Origin: Cercozoa sp. M6MM
Taxonomy: Eukaryota; Protista; Endomyxa: Ascetosporea
NCBI GenBank assembly: GCA_040357565.1
Contig: JBDODJ010000021.1
Length of the DNA: 64,000 nt
Direction: 5' to 3' (one strand)
Each line of letters starts with the position of its first letter. Position 1 is the first letter of the stretch. The notes under the pieces were generated by a model. It had not been told where the DNA came from. It did no database searches and saw nothing but the letters and a program-made list of their open reading frames with translations. Positions 1-12,298 of the stretch are shown in pieces. Position numbers and translations under genes: made by a program.

Positions 1-157
1 CCCCCCCCCCCCCCCCGTTTACCCCTTTGTTTGCCCCATCTACCCCCTGTTTGCCCTCTGTCTACCTCCCATTTTACTTTACCCTCTTTTACCTCCAATT
101 TATCCCCAATTTTACCCCAATTTTACCCCAATTTTAACCCCTCAATTCACCCCCAGT

Positions 158-1860
158 TTACCGCCCAACAAAACCTACGAAAAACTCGTCCAACGGCTCG
201 CCGCAGACGGCGCAAAAATTCGCCGAATTTGACGCGAAATTCGCGTGCGACGGCTTCCATTCCAACTGCTGTCCTTCGCTACACCCGGGGGGGGGGGGTA
301 AATAGAAGAGGTGAAAGGAATCAAGGGTGGTTAGGGCCCCGTGGTCCACCGCCGCGGGGGGGGGTAAAGTGAGAGGTAAATACCCATCCACAAAGACAAC
401 GGAATCGTCGTATCGACAGGCGAGAATCGACGTTCGCGCTTCCGAAAGCGCGCGAGCTTCACCGTTGACGTCGTTGAGACACGCGAACAGCATCGCCAAC
501 TCTATGCTCTGCCCAAACAAGCCATATTTAACCTTAAGCTGAAGCGAGAATTTCGGAACCAAGGAAAAGAAAAGCGAAACTCAAATTGAATTTCAAAGCA
601 AAAGCGAAAGCAAAATCTAAATTCAAAGCGAAAATGAAATCAAAGCGAAAGCTAAGGCGAATATCAAGCGAAATTAAAGTGAAAGCGAAAGCACAAAGCA
701 GAAGCGAACCATGCGAGCAAAAAGCGCCGTTTGCTTCAAGCGATGTAGCGTGTCGCGTTGTCGTCGCAGTGTCGAAATTCGATTGTGCAAACTCGCGCGC
801 AGTCGCTTCGACACTTCGGCGTGAAAAGCCGGCGGCGATTTCAGCTGTGCCGTTGCGGCGTTTTTTGCGATGAAAACAACGGAAATTCGCGAGTTCGGCA
901 GCGTGAAAAGCTGACTCGGCACCTGCTCGGTCTCCACGACGAGACACAGCAACTGCGCGTGTCGTCGCTCGGCTGCACTGCGAGCTTCCGCCACCAAATC
1001 GGCTGAAGCAAACAAAGCAAAGCAGGAATTTCGAAACAACAAAGCAAGAATTTCAAAACAACGCAAAGCGTAATTTCAAAACAAAGAACAGGTTGTTACC
1101 AAGTGCGAGATTGCCCAAGAAACAGTCGATCGCTTGTGCTGACACATTCGCCACCACACAGACGCAACGTGGTGTATTTTGCACTGTTTTTGTTAAAGCT
1201 ATAACAAGACAAACACAGACAGAAATGTTGTACTGTACCGATGTATGGCAGATTGAGCGGCATAATTCCCGTGCAGAAGTCTTTGTCGAGCTATGTGCAG
1301 CAATTTCACAAGTCCATTTCGATTGAAAGTTGTGTTGTATTCGATTCAAGGTGAGTTTACGGATCCAGGAGTGCCTCTGGCAGCCACCTCGCGATTTTCG
1401 TGCACAGAAAGGTCAGTCGCGAAGGGAACTGCTTCCACGCGGAAGTTGACATCTCGAACCGTGCCCTGAGTGATCAAGGGCACTATCTTAATCTCGGTGG
1501 CAAACACTAGCATCTCCCGTACCGTGGGAAACGAATTGAGTACACCGGCCACTTGTTCGACCTGAAAGTCTTCGTTGGCATCACTGCCAACAGCGTGAAC
1601 GACAACGCAGCTCGTTTCGTTCAGTTCGGCCTCGAGCGCACTTCAAAACAACGTCACATATCAAATAAAAAATGCACAACAGGAGGCGAGCACAAAATTA
1701 CTGTTCTATCTCGTGCAACTCGCACAGCTGATCAGCTCGAACTTGCATCAATTGGAAATACACTACGATCAAGTGGCTTTGAGCTCGTGCAAAGCTTTGA
1801 AAGACTTGGGTTGTATGCAACTCATCGACAAGCTCATACGCTCGTTGATAAAGCTTGCAG
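158..1860 (-). CDS. Multi-exon hypothetical protein (ends uncertain)
   Basis: Minus-strand exons joinable through GT-AG introns: ...MQVRADQLCELHEIEH|ALEAELNETSCVVVHAVG...|ADLVAEARSAAERRHAQLLCLVVE...ARM|LKVKYGLFGQSIELAMLFACLND.... Intervening segments are T-rich or C-rich on the minus strand. No family recognised. Confidence 0.5.
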
Positions 1861-1907
1861 TGCACTAAAGTAGGTTTTGTTCAGTGTGGCTACGTGTTTC
1901 CTACTGC

Positions 1908-2674
1908 ATGAAACAGCCTCTATCGCGACTGCGTCGGTATCTGGAGCACTTTGTGCCTGTGCTGTTTATGCATTTGTTGTGGTCAGTTTGAGTGCTGCTG
2001 ATCGACGCGCGTCTGCGCGGATACACTCGATTGACGGAAACGCTGTGACGGATGTGATTTTAGCGGTTCCGGCGATGGCATTTGGAACCTACGGCATGCC
2101 ACTGACGATCCTTCTGTATTTAGTGTACTTTGGGTGGCGTGCCGTGCTTCCAATGTCGCTCGCTTCGCTGACGACAGTTGCTATCACGGAGCAGTTGAAA
2201 AAGCGTGTTGCCCGGCGGCGTCCTCACCACGAGGTACCTCAAAGCGCTCCCCACTTTATTTATCGTATTTCGCATTTGTTTCACTCAGTCGATCGGAAAG
2301 CGCAAGTTCAATCTGCGTGGCTTGCTGAAGAATCACGCGTTTCCCAGCGGAGACACTGCTCAGGTTAGTTCAGTAACCTTGTGGGCGTTTGCGAATCTAA
2401 ACGATTGTTTGGAAGTGCAGGCAGCCAGTGTAGCAACGACATGCTACTTTTTGGCGCAAGGCAACCCTGCGTTCCTGCTGTGTGTGCCTGCGGCAGCGTT
2501 GGGACGCGTGTATTTCGGAGCGGTGTGATTCTATTTCCTATTTTTTCATGTCTCTCTCACGAAACACGTCTGTTGCAGCACTGGATCGGCGACGTGCTGG
2601 CTGGCGCGCTGATCGGCGGTGTCGTGGCTGTGGTTTCCTTCTATCTCTCCTCGTTCGCACAGCCATCGATGTGA
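1908..2674 (+). CDS. PAP2-family (type 2 phosphatidic acid phosphatase-like) membrane lipid phosphatase, 5 exons
   Basis: Spliced model shows the three PAP2 motifs: LKKRVARRRP (KxxxxxxRP), HAFPSGDT (PSGH position) and GRVYFGA|HWIGDVLAG (RxxxxxHxxxD), with hydrophobic helices between. Confidence 0.85.
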
Positions 2675-2972
2675 GTTGGAGATTTTCGGCGAATTCGAAA
2701 CTGTTTCGTTTCACAAACCGATGTGGTCAAGTGATCTATAGTCCGTTTTGCGGGTTTACTGCATGTTGTGTAAGCAACGTGCGTCATTCATGATTTACAG
2801 CTTACTGTACGGTACCGTACGTTCAGTTATTCTCGTCTACGTCGACTGAAGCAAAAAGTAGTAGTCCAGCAACATCAAGTCGGGTCGGTGGTCACAGCAG
2901 CTGTGAGCTCACCAAACGATCGCGGCTCGCACTTCGTCGTACTACTTTGTTTTGCCGGTCATTTCACGGGCT

Positions 2973-5647
2973 ATGGCAAGCGAACCCGCTGATGTGCATT
3001 GGCTGCTGTCTAATGCTTTTCGAATTGTTGCGATGCAGGCACAGTCACTTTTTCTGTCGGTGGGTCATTTGCGATTATTTGTCTGCTGTTGTTGCGCGCA
3101 GGCAGGCTTTAATCTGCTAGAAATGGGCTCTGTTCGTCGCAAGTCGGCAACAAATGTTGTCATGAAGAACCTGTCGGTCTTTGTGCTCGCGTGCATGTCA
3201 TTTTTTTTGTGCGGGTGGGCCTGTAAACTCAGCTTTACCCTCCTCTTCGCCCACTCTAAGATATAACTACCTACTGGGCGTACTTTCAAAGTTGCTTACG
3301 GTGGCGACATTGGTGGCGTTGTCGGCAACAGTGAGTTCTTTGGAAGGATCAACGATGAGCATGGTACCAGGTTTAGGACAGAAAAAGCTGGATAATATAC
3401 ATTCCGTACCCGACTCACAACTTAAAGCTGCTCAGCACCAGTAAGTTCTGTGAGTAGGACGCAACTACGCACCATTCTTCTTCCAACTGGCGTTTTCGGT
3501 CAACGCTGCCACCATTGGAGCTGTAAAATCCGATTTCGATATTTAATGCACACACGTGCCGCTTTCTGTGATAGGGCGCTGTTGCTGAACGCATGCGTTT
3601 TATTGTCTACCTGATCAAGTCAACACTTGTATCGGCGGTCACTTATCCGGTACTGTACTGCGGATCCGCCTGGATACCGATAGCTTTATAAACTGACTCT
3701 CAAACTGAAATAGGTCGTCGCTCACTGGATTTGGCACAAAGACGGATGGCTTGCCAAGCACGGTTTTGGTAGATCTGGGCCTTTTAACAAAACTGAAGCT
3801 TGCTGCAAGTTTCTAACAGCTCTAATGCAGTCGATTTTGCCGGAAGTGCCGTTGTCCATGCTGTTGGTATCATGTCCTGTGTCAGTTCTGTCAAGTTACT
3901 GAACCTGCTCCTGACTTCTGACGTTAGGTGGAACGTGCGCGTTGATTTGCTGTGTCGTGCTTGGACCACGTACTGGAAGATACATCGCGCTTCAAAAGCA
4001 GCAATGCTCATTGGTGTGCTTCTCTTGTGTCTCAATAATATAAGCCGGACTGTGCAGCGTGTTGTGTTGTTCTCAGCAACCTTCCCTTTCGGAGAACGGT
4101 GTCGTATCGAAAGAGATACAGGTAGAGCAGAACGCACAAGAGTGAAAGCAATACTGTTGGTGCCCTTGCAGATGTCAGACTGCATTGTCGACGTGCTTGG
4201 TAATTTACTAATCGCTGTTTTTCGCTTCGTCGTCTTCAGCAGCAACACTGTTTTCACTATTCTTCTGTTTACTTAGATGATTCCGAAGTTGATGCGAAAG
4301 CAAGTGGCGCAGCAGACAACGTTGACGACGTTGTTGTATCAACGTTCGAATTTTCTTTTTCTGCTATTTCTGATAGACCATAACTGAAGGATTCTTGCAG
4401 CATAGCGCTTCTTTGGAGAATAAAAATCGAGAGGCTGCGGATACGATCCAATGTGAGTCAGCCCGCTTTCTTTTGATTTACTTTTCTAACTTGGGAGTTG
4501 TGAATATACCCCGAAATCACAGTCATGCGGAGTGACTTTTTACGCCACCTCGACTTCAGTGCGAGCAGAGACAACACACAGCTTCTGAGTGGAACTTTGA
4601 TCTTGTGGATCGGCTGGTTCTCTTTCAACGCTGGCAGTACGTTGGTGTTTCTTTGTGTGCATTGACTTCTTGGTATATTAACATAAAATTAGGTACGCTG
4701 CAAATGTCATCGCTTGAGAATGCGCGTCTTTCGGCCTTTGTTGCCACCAACACTGCGTGAGTCAGTTTATGACATGAATCAGGATTAAAGTGATAGAATG
4801 AATTTGCAGACTGGGAGGCGCTGCAGGTGGGCTGGCTGGTTTACTTGGCGGCTATTGGGTCAGTGGAGGACACTTTCCTGCCCGTAGGTTGGTTGTTAAA
4901 GTGTTATAGCGCACTTACATTGTGCACTCCGACAGGAGATTTGTCGAACGGCGTTCTGTGTGGCTTGGTTTCCATCACGTCGATGGTGCACTGTGTCGAG
5001 ATTTGGCAGTCTGTTCTGATTGGAGGCCTCGGAGGATTTATTCCACTCGGTGTCGGCATCCTGTTCGCCAAGTTGCACAGTACGATGACCCCTCTGGCAC
5101 AATTACGATGTAGACGTGTGTCTTTCACTTGAGAGCTTATTTAGTCGACGACCCTGTGTGTACTGTGGCTGTTCACTTGTTTGGTGGCGTCTGGTCCGTT
5201 CTGGCTGTTGGCCTCTTTGCCCATGTACAGTTGTCTACTATTCCGCTGATATGACGGAACTGAGAGATAAGCAAATTCGTCTATTTAGAATGCAGGGCCT
5301 GGTGTCGATTTGCTGAAACGAGGCATGTTCTACGGGGGCTCTCTTTTTTCGGTGCAGCTGTACGGCATCTGTTCCGTTGTTGTAAGTTCGCCCTCCCACC
5401 CGCAGGCTGAACGTGCAAACTTACGATACTGTGACTGTACTTTAATGCAGGCGTGGGCAGCATTGACGTCCGGACTGTTTCTGTTTGTTTTGAGTCACTT
5501 GACTGAGTTGCGTGTCGATGAGACCAAGGAAGTCTACGGATTGGACAAAAGCGAGCACGGCATTGATTCCGACGCTCGTTTCTTCGCAATGCTTGTCAAC
5601 TTTTCTGTACATTTTCTTCGTTTATCTAAATGCTTGTGAGGGAACAT

Positions 5648-5727
<80 letters not shown>

Positions 5728-5992
5728 GTTGTAGTCGGCGATAGAGCGTTTGCGCTCGGCGGACTTGCTGACAGATGCTCCATCAGCGTATGAGAAAGGG
5801 CTTGCGCGGAGCGTTCTCAATCAGCGGATGAAAGACATCTTGCGAGATGTGGTAGAGTGCAGCTCGATCTGATAGTTTCTTTGCTACTGCGTCTTGTGCG
5901 CGTAGAGTGGCTTGGACAGATCAGCACGTGCAGGAGATCTAGACAACTTTGATTTCGTCGCTCTCGAAGAGCGGCGCCCACTCCTCATTTGA
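2973..5992 (+). CDS. amt: Ammonium transporter (Amt/Mep/Rh family), many exons
   Basis: MQAGFNLLEMGSVRRKSATNVVMKN, FFQLAFSVNAATI..GAVAER, YPVVAHWIWHKDGWL, DFAGSAVVHAVGG, LGPRTGRY, GTLILWIGWFSFNAGS, NGVLCGLVSIT, DDPVCTVAVHLFGG and GLDKSEHG motifs. Both pore histidines are present. Confidence 0.95.
5653..5726 (+). repeat. (GT)n microsatellite in an Amt intron
   Basis: Near-perfect GT dinucleotide run directly upstream of a TAG acceptor. Confidence 0.95.
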
Positions 5993-6418
5993 GCAGAAGC
6001 GCTAGCGCGCAGCCTAGCATCGGCAACGCGACAGCCCCGGCCCCGCGTCCCCACTGGGACCGCTCCCCGGCCACTGTTTTAAAGCTTAGGACCGGATGGA
6101 AATTAAATATATAATTTCAACGCCACGTCGGTATTAACAAAATTCAGAAGGGGAGGTAGTCTCACCTTTCACTAGCGGGCGGACTACGGCAGTGTGCAGT
6201 GATCCGCCTCAAAACTGGTGCAGCAGAACTACAGAGTTGGGTTCTAAGTAGACTTTACGTAGGCTGGCTCGGAGGGAGTTTTCACTCATGTCCGACGAAC
6301 TGCAGTGAGAAACGCGAAAACTGGTCTCTGCGGTGTTTTTAGCTGTTGCAGTTTGAACAATTTTAGTGCATTGCGTACTCGTGTTGAGTGTTGACAGCTT
6401 TGAGAGGACACTCACTGA

Positions 6419-8451
6419 ATGACTGCCTCGACGAAGCTTCGAAGCCGAAGAGACAAGCGACTGAACTCACTGAAGCACGGAGCCTTGACTGAGTCGACCA
6501 CCGGCGCAATCGCCACAGGCCGAGGGAAGCAAGCGAATGTACTGTACGGTCGACGGCACAGAGTCGGCAATGCACATGCAGCTGGCTCGCTTCTCATCAT
6601 GCTTGGTGCCCCTCTGTGCATCGGACTCCTTGCCATGGTAAGTTACACTGCATTCGTTCTTGTCGGTGTGTTGTTTCAGTTCGGTTACTGCACGAAAAAA
6701 ACTGTTCGATAAATTAGAGTTGTGAAAGACACGAGTGTGATGTTACCAAAGCTCTAAAGCACAATGACTTGATTCCGACAGTGTCGCTTCGTGGCTTTCT
6801 GTTCTACAGCTTGTGGTTTGCAGCGCAGTTTCTTCGTAAGACAGTTTTGCAGTTCCACCCATTCAAAGTTGAGAGAATCTTGAAAACAAGTTCGTTCAAT
6901 TGCAACTGTGACTGTAAATGACCAGTGTATCGGTTCGTGCCCGGGAGCATAGCGAAAGGAGCACCCACGCCAGCAGGGAATGTGTTGCTGTACTCGATCA
7001 ACGGGTGGCGTTGTTTTGTGCTCACAGTGACAGCATTTGTTGGGATGGGCTTCGTGGAACTGGAGTATGTGACCTACCTATCACACGTGCTGTTCGAGTT
7101 GTTCCTTCCCGCCAACGTGATTGGATTTGTCTTGTCGGTCGGTATCTACGTCAAGGCATGGATGGCACCGTGTCACAGCGACGATTCCAAGTGGACTGGC
7201 TCCTTCTTTTATGTAAGTTAGAGTTGACGTTCGTTCAGTTTGCTTGGTTCGACTTGAAGAATGCCATGTCATTGTGTGTATGGATAGGACTTGTTCATGG
7301 GAGTTGAACTGAACCCTCGCATGTCTAAACTTCATGTAGTTTTTACTTTTTAGCTTTTGCTGCCTCCCTGGGTATGACACAGTCATACTGGTAGGATTGG
7401 AAACTCTTCCTCAACGGCAGACCTGGTCTTATGTTGTGGCCGCTGATTTCGCTGTCTCACTTGCTGCAAGCTTGGAGTCAGCAGGCCCCCGACTACGTCT
7501 TGGTGGCATTAGGAATCACCACCTTGCTACACTTTGTCTATACTGCTGACTTTTACTGGCACGAGGCCTGTATGTTGATCTTGTCTAGTAACCGTTTAAA
7601 ACACTAAAGACTATACTACGATTGCTGAACTAGGGTATTTGGGCACCGTCGATATGCAGCTGGACCACCTTGGGTTCTACATGGCATGGGTACTACTTTT
7701 CAGGTCTGTTCATTGACAGTCAATGCTATCTTCATAAATTTTTACATGGACAGGGAGACAATGTGTGGGTGCCCTTCCTGTATGCCAGTCCTGCCACCAT
7801 CATCGCAAGTGTCGAAACAAGCAACAGTGTGGACACTCTGTCAGCTCTGTTGCTGATCACTGCTCTTTCACTTGGCATCATTGGCTACGCCATCTTCCGT
7901 CTGACCAACAAAGAAGTACAACTGAAGTTGACCGACTAAAGTGTACGGTACGTTTGTGCTTTTTGGCAGAAAGACTACGTGCGCGATCAGATCAAACGCG
8001 GAGAGCAAAAGCCTCTTACTTTGTTCGGACACGAGTGTCTCATTCTGCCTTGCAGTTACCTCACTGCCGATGGTGTGAAACGACAGTCGAGTTTGATTGC
8101 TTCGGGTTTCTGGGGCGTGTCGCGACACCTTAATTACTTTGGCGACATGCTGCTCTCACTCGGCATGTGTCTGGGTGCCACTGCCGTGTGCGTCGCCAGT
8201 GGCGCGAGTGTCTCTGCCGCCTGTTTAACGCTGTCATATGCTGCCTTTATGGTACTGCACTGGATACTGCGGAACCCTGCATGTACAGCTGGCACCGTCT
8301 TTGACGAAACTGACTACTGTATATCTAGTTCACGATTCTGGTGCACCGCGTTGGACGAGATGAGCGCAAGATGCGCGCCAAATACGGAAAGGCCGCGTGG
8401 CTGCGCTACGCCGAACTCGTGCCCTACAAAATCCTGCCTGGCGTCTATTAA
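6419..8451 (+). CDS. DHCR7: 7-dehydrocholesterol reductase-like sterol reductase (ERG4/ERG24 family)
   Basis: GAPTPAGNVLLYSING, KWTGSFFYDLFMGVELNPR, DWKLFLNGRPG, DMQLDHLGFYMAWGDNVWVPFLY, LIASGFWGVSRHLNYFGD and HRVGRDERKMRAKYG..W..Y...VPYKILPGVY. These follow the DHCR7 subfamily pattern. Start codon uncertain. Confidence 0.88.
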
Positions 8452-8579
8452 TTGCAACTATGTCGTTTTAAACTCGTTCTGACAGACTCGAGCTCCAATT
8501 CGGCCTATAACAATTGATTGAACTCGTAACGCCAGGCTGAGTGAGGGACTCAGACGCTAAGTTTTGTTTCCTTGTTTAA

Positions 8580-8911
8580 TTAAGCAAAAAGAATGACTAG
8601 AGCCATGACTGCGCAAGACACGGCAATTACTGGACTGATTCGCTCGCCAATACGCGCGAACTTCCACGGCAATCCTCTGATACCCTGCAGCAGCACACGC
8701 ACGCATACAGACAAACATTGTGCCAGCAGTATGAGTACCCTCTTGTGCGCATCAGTCCAACTCGGAAAACGCTCCCTCAAGAAGGTGCACGTGCAGATGG
8801 CGAGTAGCAGCATCGTCAAGACACTGGTGAAACTGAACAGACCCTGCGCGCAACAGCAAGCATCCATCGTTCATGCTAATTTTTGCCATTCATTCGACAA
8901 AAAGCTACCAT
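8580..8911 (-). CDS. TMEM167: Protein Kish (TMEM167), 3 coding exons
   Basis: M|GLFSFTSVLTMLLLAICTCTFLR...HKR|GIRGLPWKFARIGERISPVIAVSCAVMA. The ICTCT and ARIGER.SP motifs are diagnostic. Confidence 0.92.
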
Positions 8912-9207
8912 TTTCTGCACGAAACAGTCTTGAACACTGTCTTTAGCACTAAATCCAGAGAGAAACCGCACGCACACACGTCAAAGTATCTGTGTGGCTC
9001 TCAACAGCACTGTCGGCGCAACTGAGCCAAGCGCTCCTGACATGGAATCACGGGCCGTCTTGACGTTCAGAGTATTAGATACGGCACTGAGTAACTTTCG
9101 ATTTGTTGTACACACGGTTGCAGTGTGTTGAATTGCAATCAGCTCAGCGAGTTGTTGCTTTCTTCCAGGAAAGATCAATCAACGTGCTGCCGTTCTGCCA
9201 TCCCAGC

Positions 9208-11162
9208 ATGCCCGAATTCGACGAGCAATGGTTGCGCGACACTTTCACCCAACAGCCGCAGAAAGAGGTTGCGAACGTGGAGCGTCTCATCGATCATGCA
9301 GTGGTGCGTTTTTCAAAGTTGCAGGTCGAGAAACGCACATGCGATTTTGCTTGAGCGCAGCGATTGTCGGAGAGCGGTGCTGTGCCGGAAGCACGTGCTA
9401 CCCTCGCGTAAACTGGCTCTTTATACTGTTGTACTTTCGACTGTTTGCTGCTGAAGCCCGCTGGCACCGCTTGCTGATGAGCTAGTCGAAGACAATGTGC
9501 GCTTGGCCAAGATCGTTGACTCTGCTTTGAAGATGCTTCGGTAAGAGATCTGTTGCATTTTAAAGAAAGCAATCTAATTCGCACAGCAAGAGTGAGCGTT
9601 TGTCACGTATGTTCGCCGACGCGGTCAAGGTGCATTCTTTTGCCTTGTAGGATGTTTTAAGTGATCGTTGTTTTGTGGCATCCAGGCGCTTGTTGACGTC
9701 CGTGCCGACTTGTACCAGGTGCTCTTGTTTCAGCTTGGTTGCTTTGTGGGAGTCCAGGAAGCAAAGAAACAAGCGAAATAAATCATTGAGCTTTGCGTGT
9801 CTGCAACCTAGGCCGAGGGCGAATTCCGTCAAGCTGCGCGCTTGCTGCAATCCGTGGACGTGTCGACATGCGAACTGACGCCTGCGCAGCAACTGCTTCA
9901 TGTTCTGCGTGCCACACAGTTCTTCTTGGCTGCCGAAGATTTCGCTGGTGCCACGATGACTCTCAAGCAGGCGCAGCGCTTGATTAACAAGGTTCCAGAG
10001 AGCGAAGCTGCTGTGCACGTGCTGTTTGCGTCGGTACAGAGCTTGCTTTCATTTGTGTTTGTAGCTTTTGATGTTCTGAACATCTGCAGTGCTACGCACG
10101 AGTTGCGGACAATGAGCGACGTTTCTTGGATGCAGTAAGCCTTCATATGTTGCTTCCTTTTTTCTTCTCGTGAACAGTTTCGTTTCTAGGCCCTGCGTTA
10201 CATGTCGCTGTCGCAATACGATTCCTCGATCGTTCCTCAGCAGGTACCGCGTTTTGTTATTTCTGCCTCAGAACGATGTATAAATCTTGTGTTCACAGGA
10301 CGCTTTGGATTCGCTTGAGCGCGCAATCACGTGCACTGTAGTTTTTCTTTCGTCGTCGCAGAGTTTAAACACGAAATGTGGCTTTGTGTTCAAACAGATC
10401 CTTGCCAAGGCAGGTCCGCGACGTGATCGTGTTCTGTACTTTTTTCTTTTTTCATTAAAAATACTTTCGATTTTTATGTTTGGACGACTGCAGTGCGATG
10501 CTGGTGCGCGACGATCGTGCTTCGAAACTTGCCAACTCGTAAACTTGCTTTGTTTTGTATTTCATTTTGTATTTGAATTTATCTCAGCAACATGCTGTTC
10601 GCTGTGCACCACGGCCGAATCATTCAGGTAAGGCCGAATTATCACTCATTACTCTTGAATGGTTTTGTTTCTTCTTTAGCCGGAGGAAACGCAGAAGTTC
10701 GAAAAGATGCTGCAAGTGCACCAGCTCGCAACGCTGAGCGATGGACGCACTGTGCTGGACAAGGCTGTTCAGGAGCACAACTTGCTCGCTGCCAGTCGCG
10801 TTTACCGGAGCATGCGCTTCAAGGTGGATTGAAACGTATGCGTTTTTGACGTTCTCTGACGCAACTTTTGTCTGTATAGGACATGGCTCGCGTGCTCTCC
10901 ATTGACGAACGACGCGCCGAAGAGATCGCTCGTGGTCTCGTGGTTGAAGGTCGACTCTCCGCGCGGATTGATCAGGTCGATGCCATGATTGACTTTGTTG
11001 ACGCCAAGCAAGGGTATTCAACAGCTTCCACTCCGCCCTGTGTGGGTTATGTTCTGTGTGTGTGTGTGTAGCGGCACTTCGGAATGGGACCTCGCGATTG
11101 CCGATGTCTGCGCTGAGGCTGCCGATCTCGTCGACCTCATCAAGAAGCGCACTGACGAATAA
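9208..11162 (+). CDS. CSN4: COP9 signalosome subunit 4 (PCI domain)
   Basis: ILAKAGPRRDRVL, LSDGRTVLDKAVQEHNLLAASRVYRSMRF, AEEIARGLVVEGRLSARIDQVDAMIDF and EWDLAIADVC motifs over many short exons. Confidence 0.9.
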
Positions 11163-11406
11163 ACGAAAAAAGCATCCAGATCCGATCTGTGGCACAGTAG
11201 CAGGGCGCGAAGATGGGTTGTGTTTACTTGCAAAATAGAACCAAGAGCGCTAGAGTAAACTCAACGCTGCTTCGAGGCTGTAAAAAAGAGAACAAAAATT
11301 TCTAGTGTAGCCGGTCTGGCTACAAATGGAACGAAATTGGCGTCCAGGCCTCCGCCGTTCGGTCCCGTGGCACTGTAGTGAACGCTGAGACACCAACCGA
11401 TAGCTC

Positions 11407-11907
11407 ATGAGTGCGTTACGTCCCTAGCTTTTTTGTGTGCTGTCATTTTTCGTTCTGTGGGTTTTCTGTGTTGTGTTTGTTTGTGCCGAGATGCGAGTTC
11501 TCCCTGCTTCTGTGCCTGATTGTTTTGTGTGCCGGCAGTGTTTGCGGACGAAGATCAGAACGTTATCAGTACGCAGAAGGTGCACATTCGTGTGCAGAAG
11601 CGAACATCGCGAAAGAGTGTCACGATCGTTGAGGGTCTCGCGAGCGACCTGGACCTCAAGAAGATCCTGCGATTCCTCAAGAAGATCTACTCGACGAACG
11701 GCAACATTGCCACCAACGAGCAGAGCGGTTCGGTGCTCCAGATGCAGGGTGACATGAGGCAGAACGTGCTCGACTTCCTGACGCAGTTTAACATCTGCAA
11801 GCCGGAGGAAGGTGTGTTTGTTTTCACATGCCGCTGTTGCTCCCTCGGTGTTTCTTAGTGTTACGCTGTGTTTGTTCGTGTTTGCAGTCATTGTCCACGG
11901 TTTCTAA
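11407..11907 (+). CDS. SUI1: Translation initiation factor eIF1/SUI1
   Basis: KVHIRVQKRTSRKSVTIVEGL..DLDLKKILRFLKK..STNG..VLQMQGDMRQNV..FL..|IVHGF*. Confidence 0.95.
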
Positions 11908-12298
11908 GCAGATAGAGTTCTAGCTCTGTTGTACGCTCGCGCCTGAGTGATATTGCATCTTGGCGTGAAACGCACTGCACTGACGTGATTCAAGCCGTCG
12001 ATTTTCACAGCCGTGCGGCAGTTAGTTATCAGTTGTTGGGTCGGGTATGATCCTCGACCGGACGCAAGAAATTAAAATGACTCAGGGGTTCAGTTTGGGA
12101 CCAATTAAGGCGAACGGAAGTGCTGTATGTAGGCTGCCGGTTCCACCCGGCGAGTCTCTACTGTGCTAAATACAGACCGATAGTTCGATATTGTACTGTA
12201 GCAGACGCCAGCGTTTCTCAATAGTGCTCTAGTCTTGGAAAAACGAAGCATGGTGCCGTTGGAGCAGCTGAGCGATCTACCATAAAGAGGCAAACTAA

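Noticed and set aside
1553-1873. Plus-strand 106-aa ORF as an extra N-terminal domain of the PAP2 protein
   Set aside because: It ends in a stop before the PAP2 ATG and is antisense to exons of the neighbouring minus-strand gene.
5995-6290. tRNA or other ncRNA in the Amt-DHCR7 spacer
   Set aside because: No cloverleaf or A/B-box pattern could be identified.
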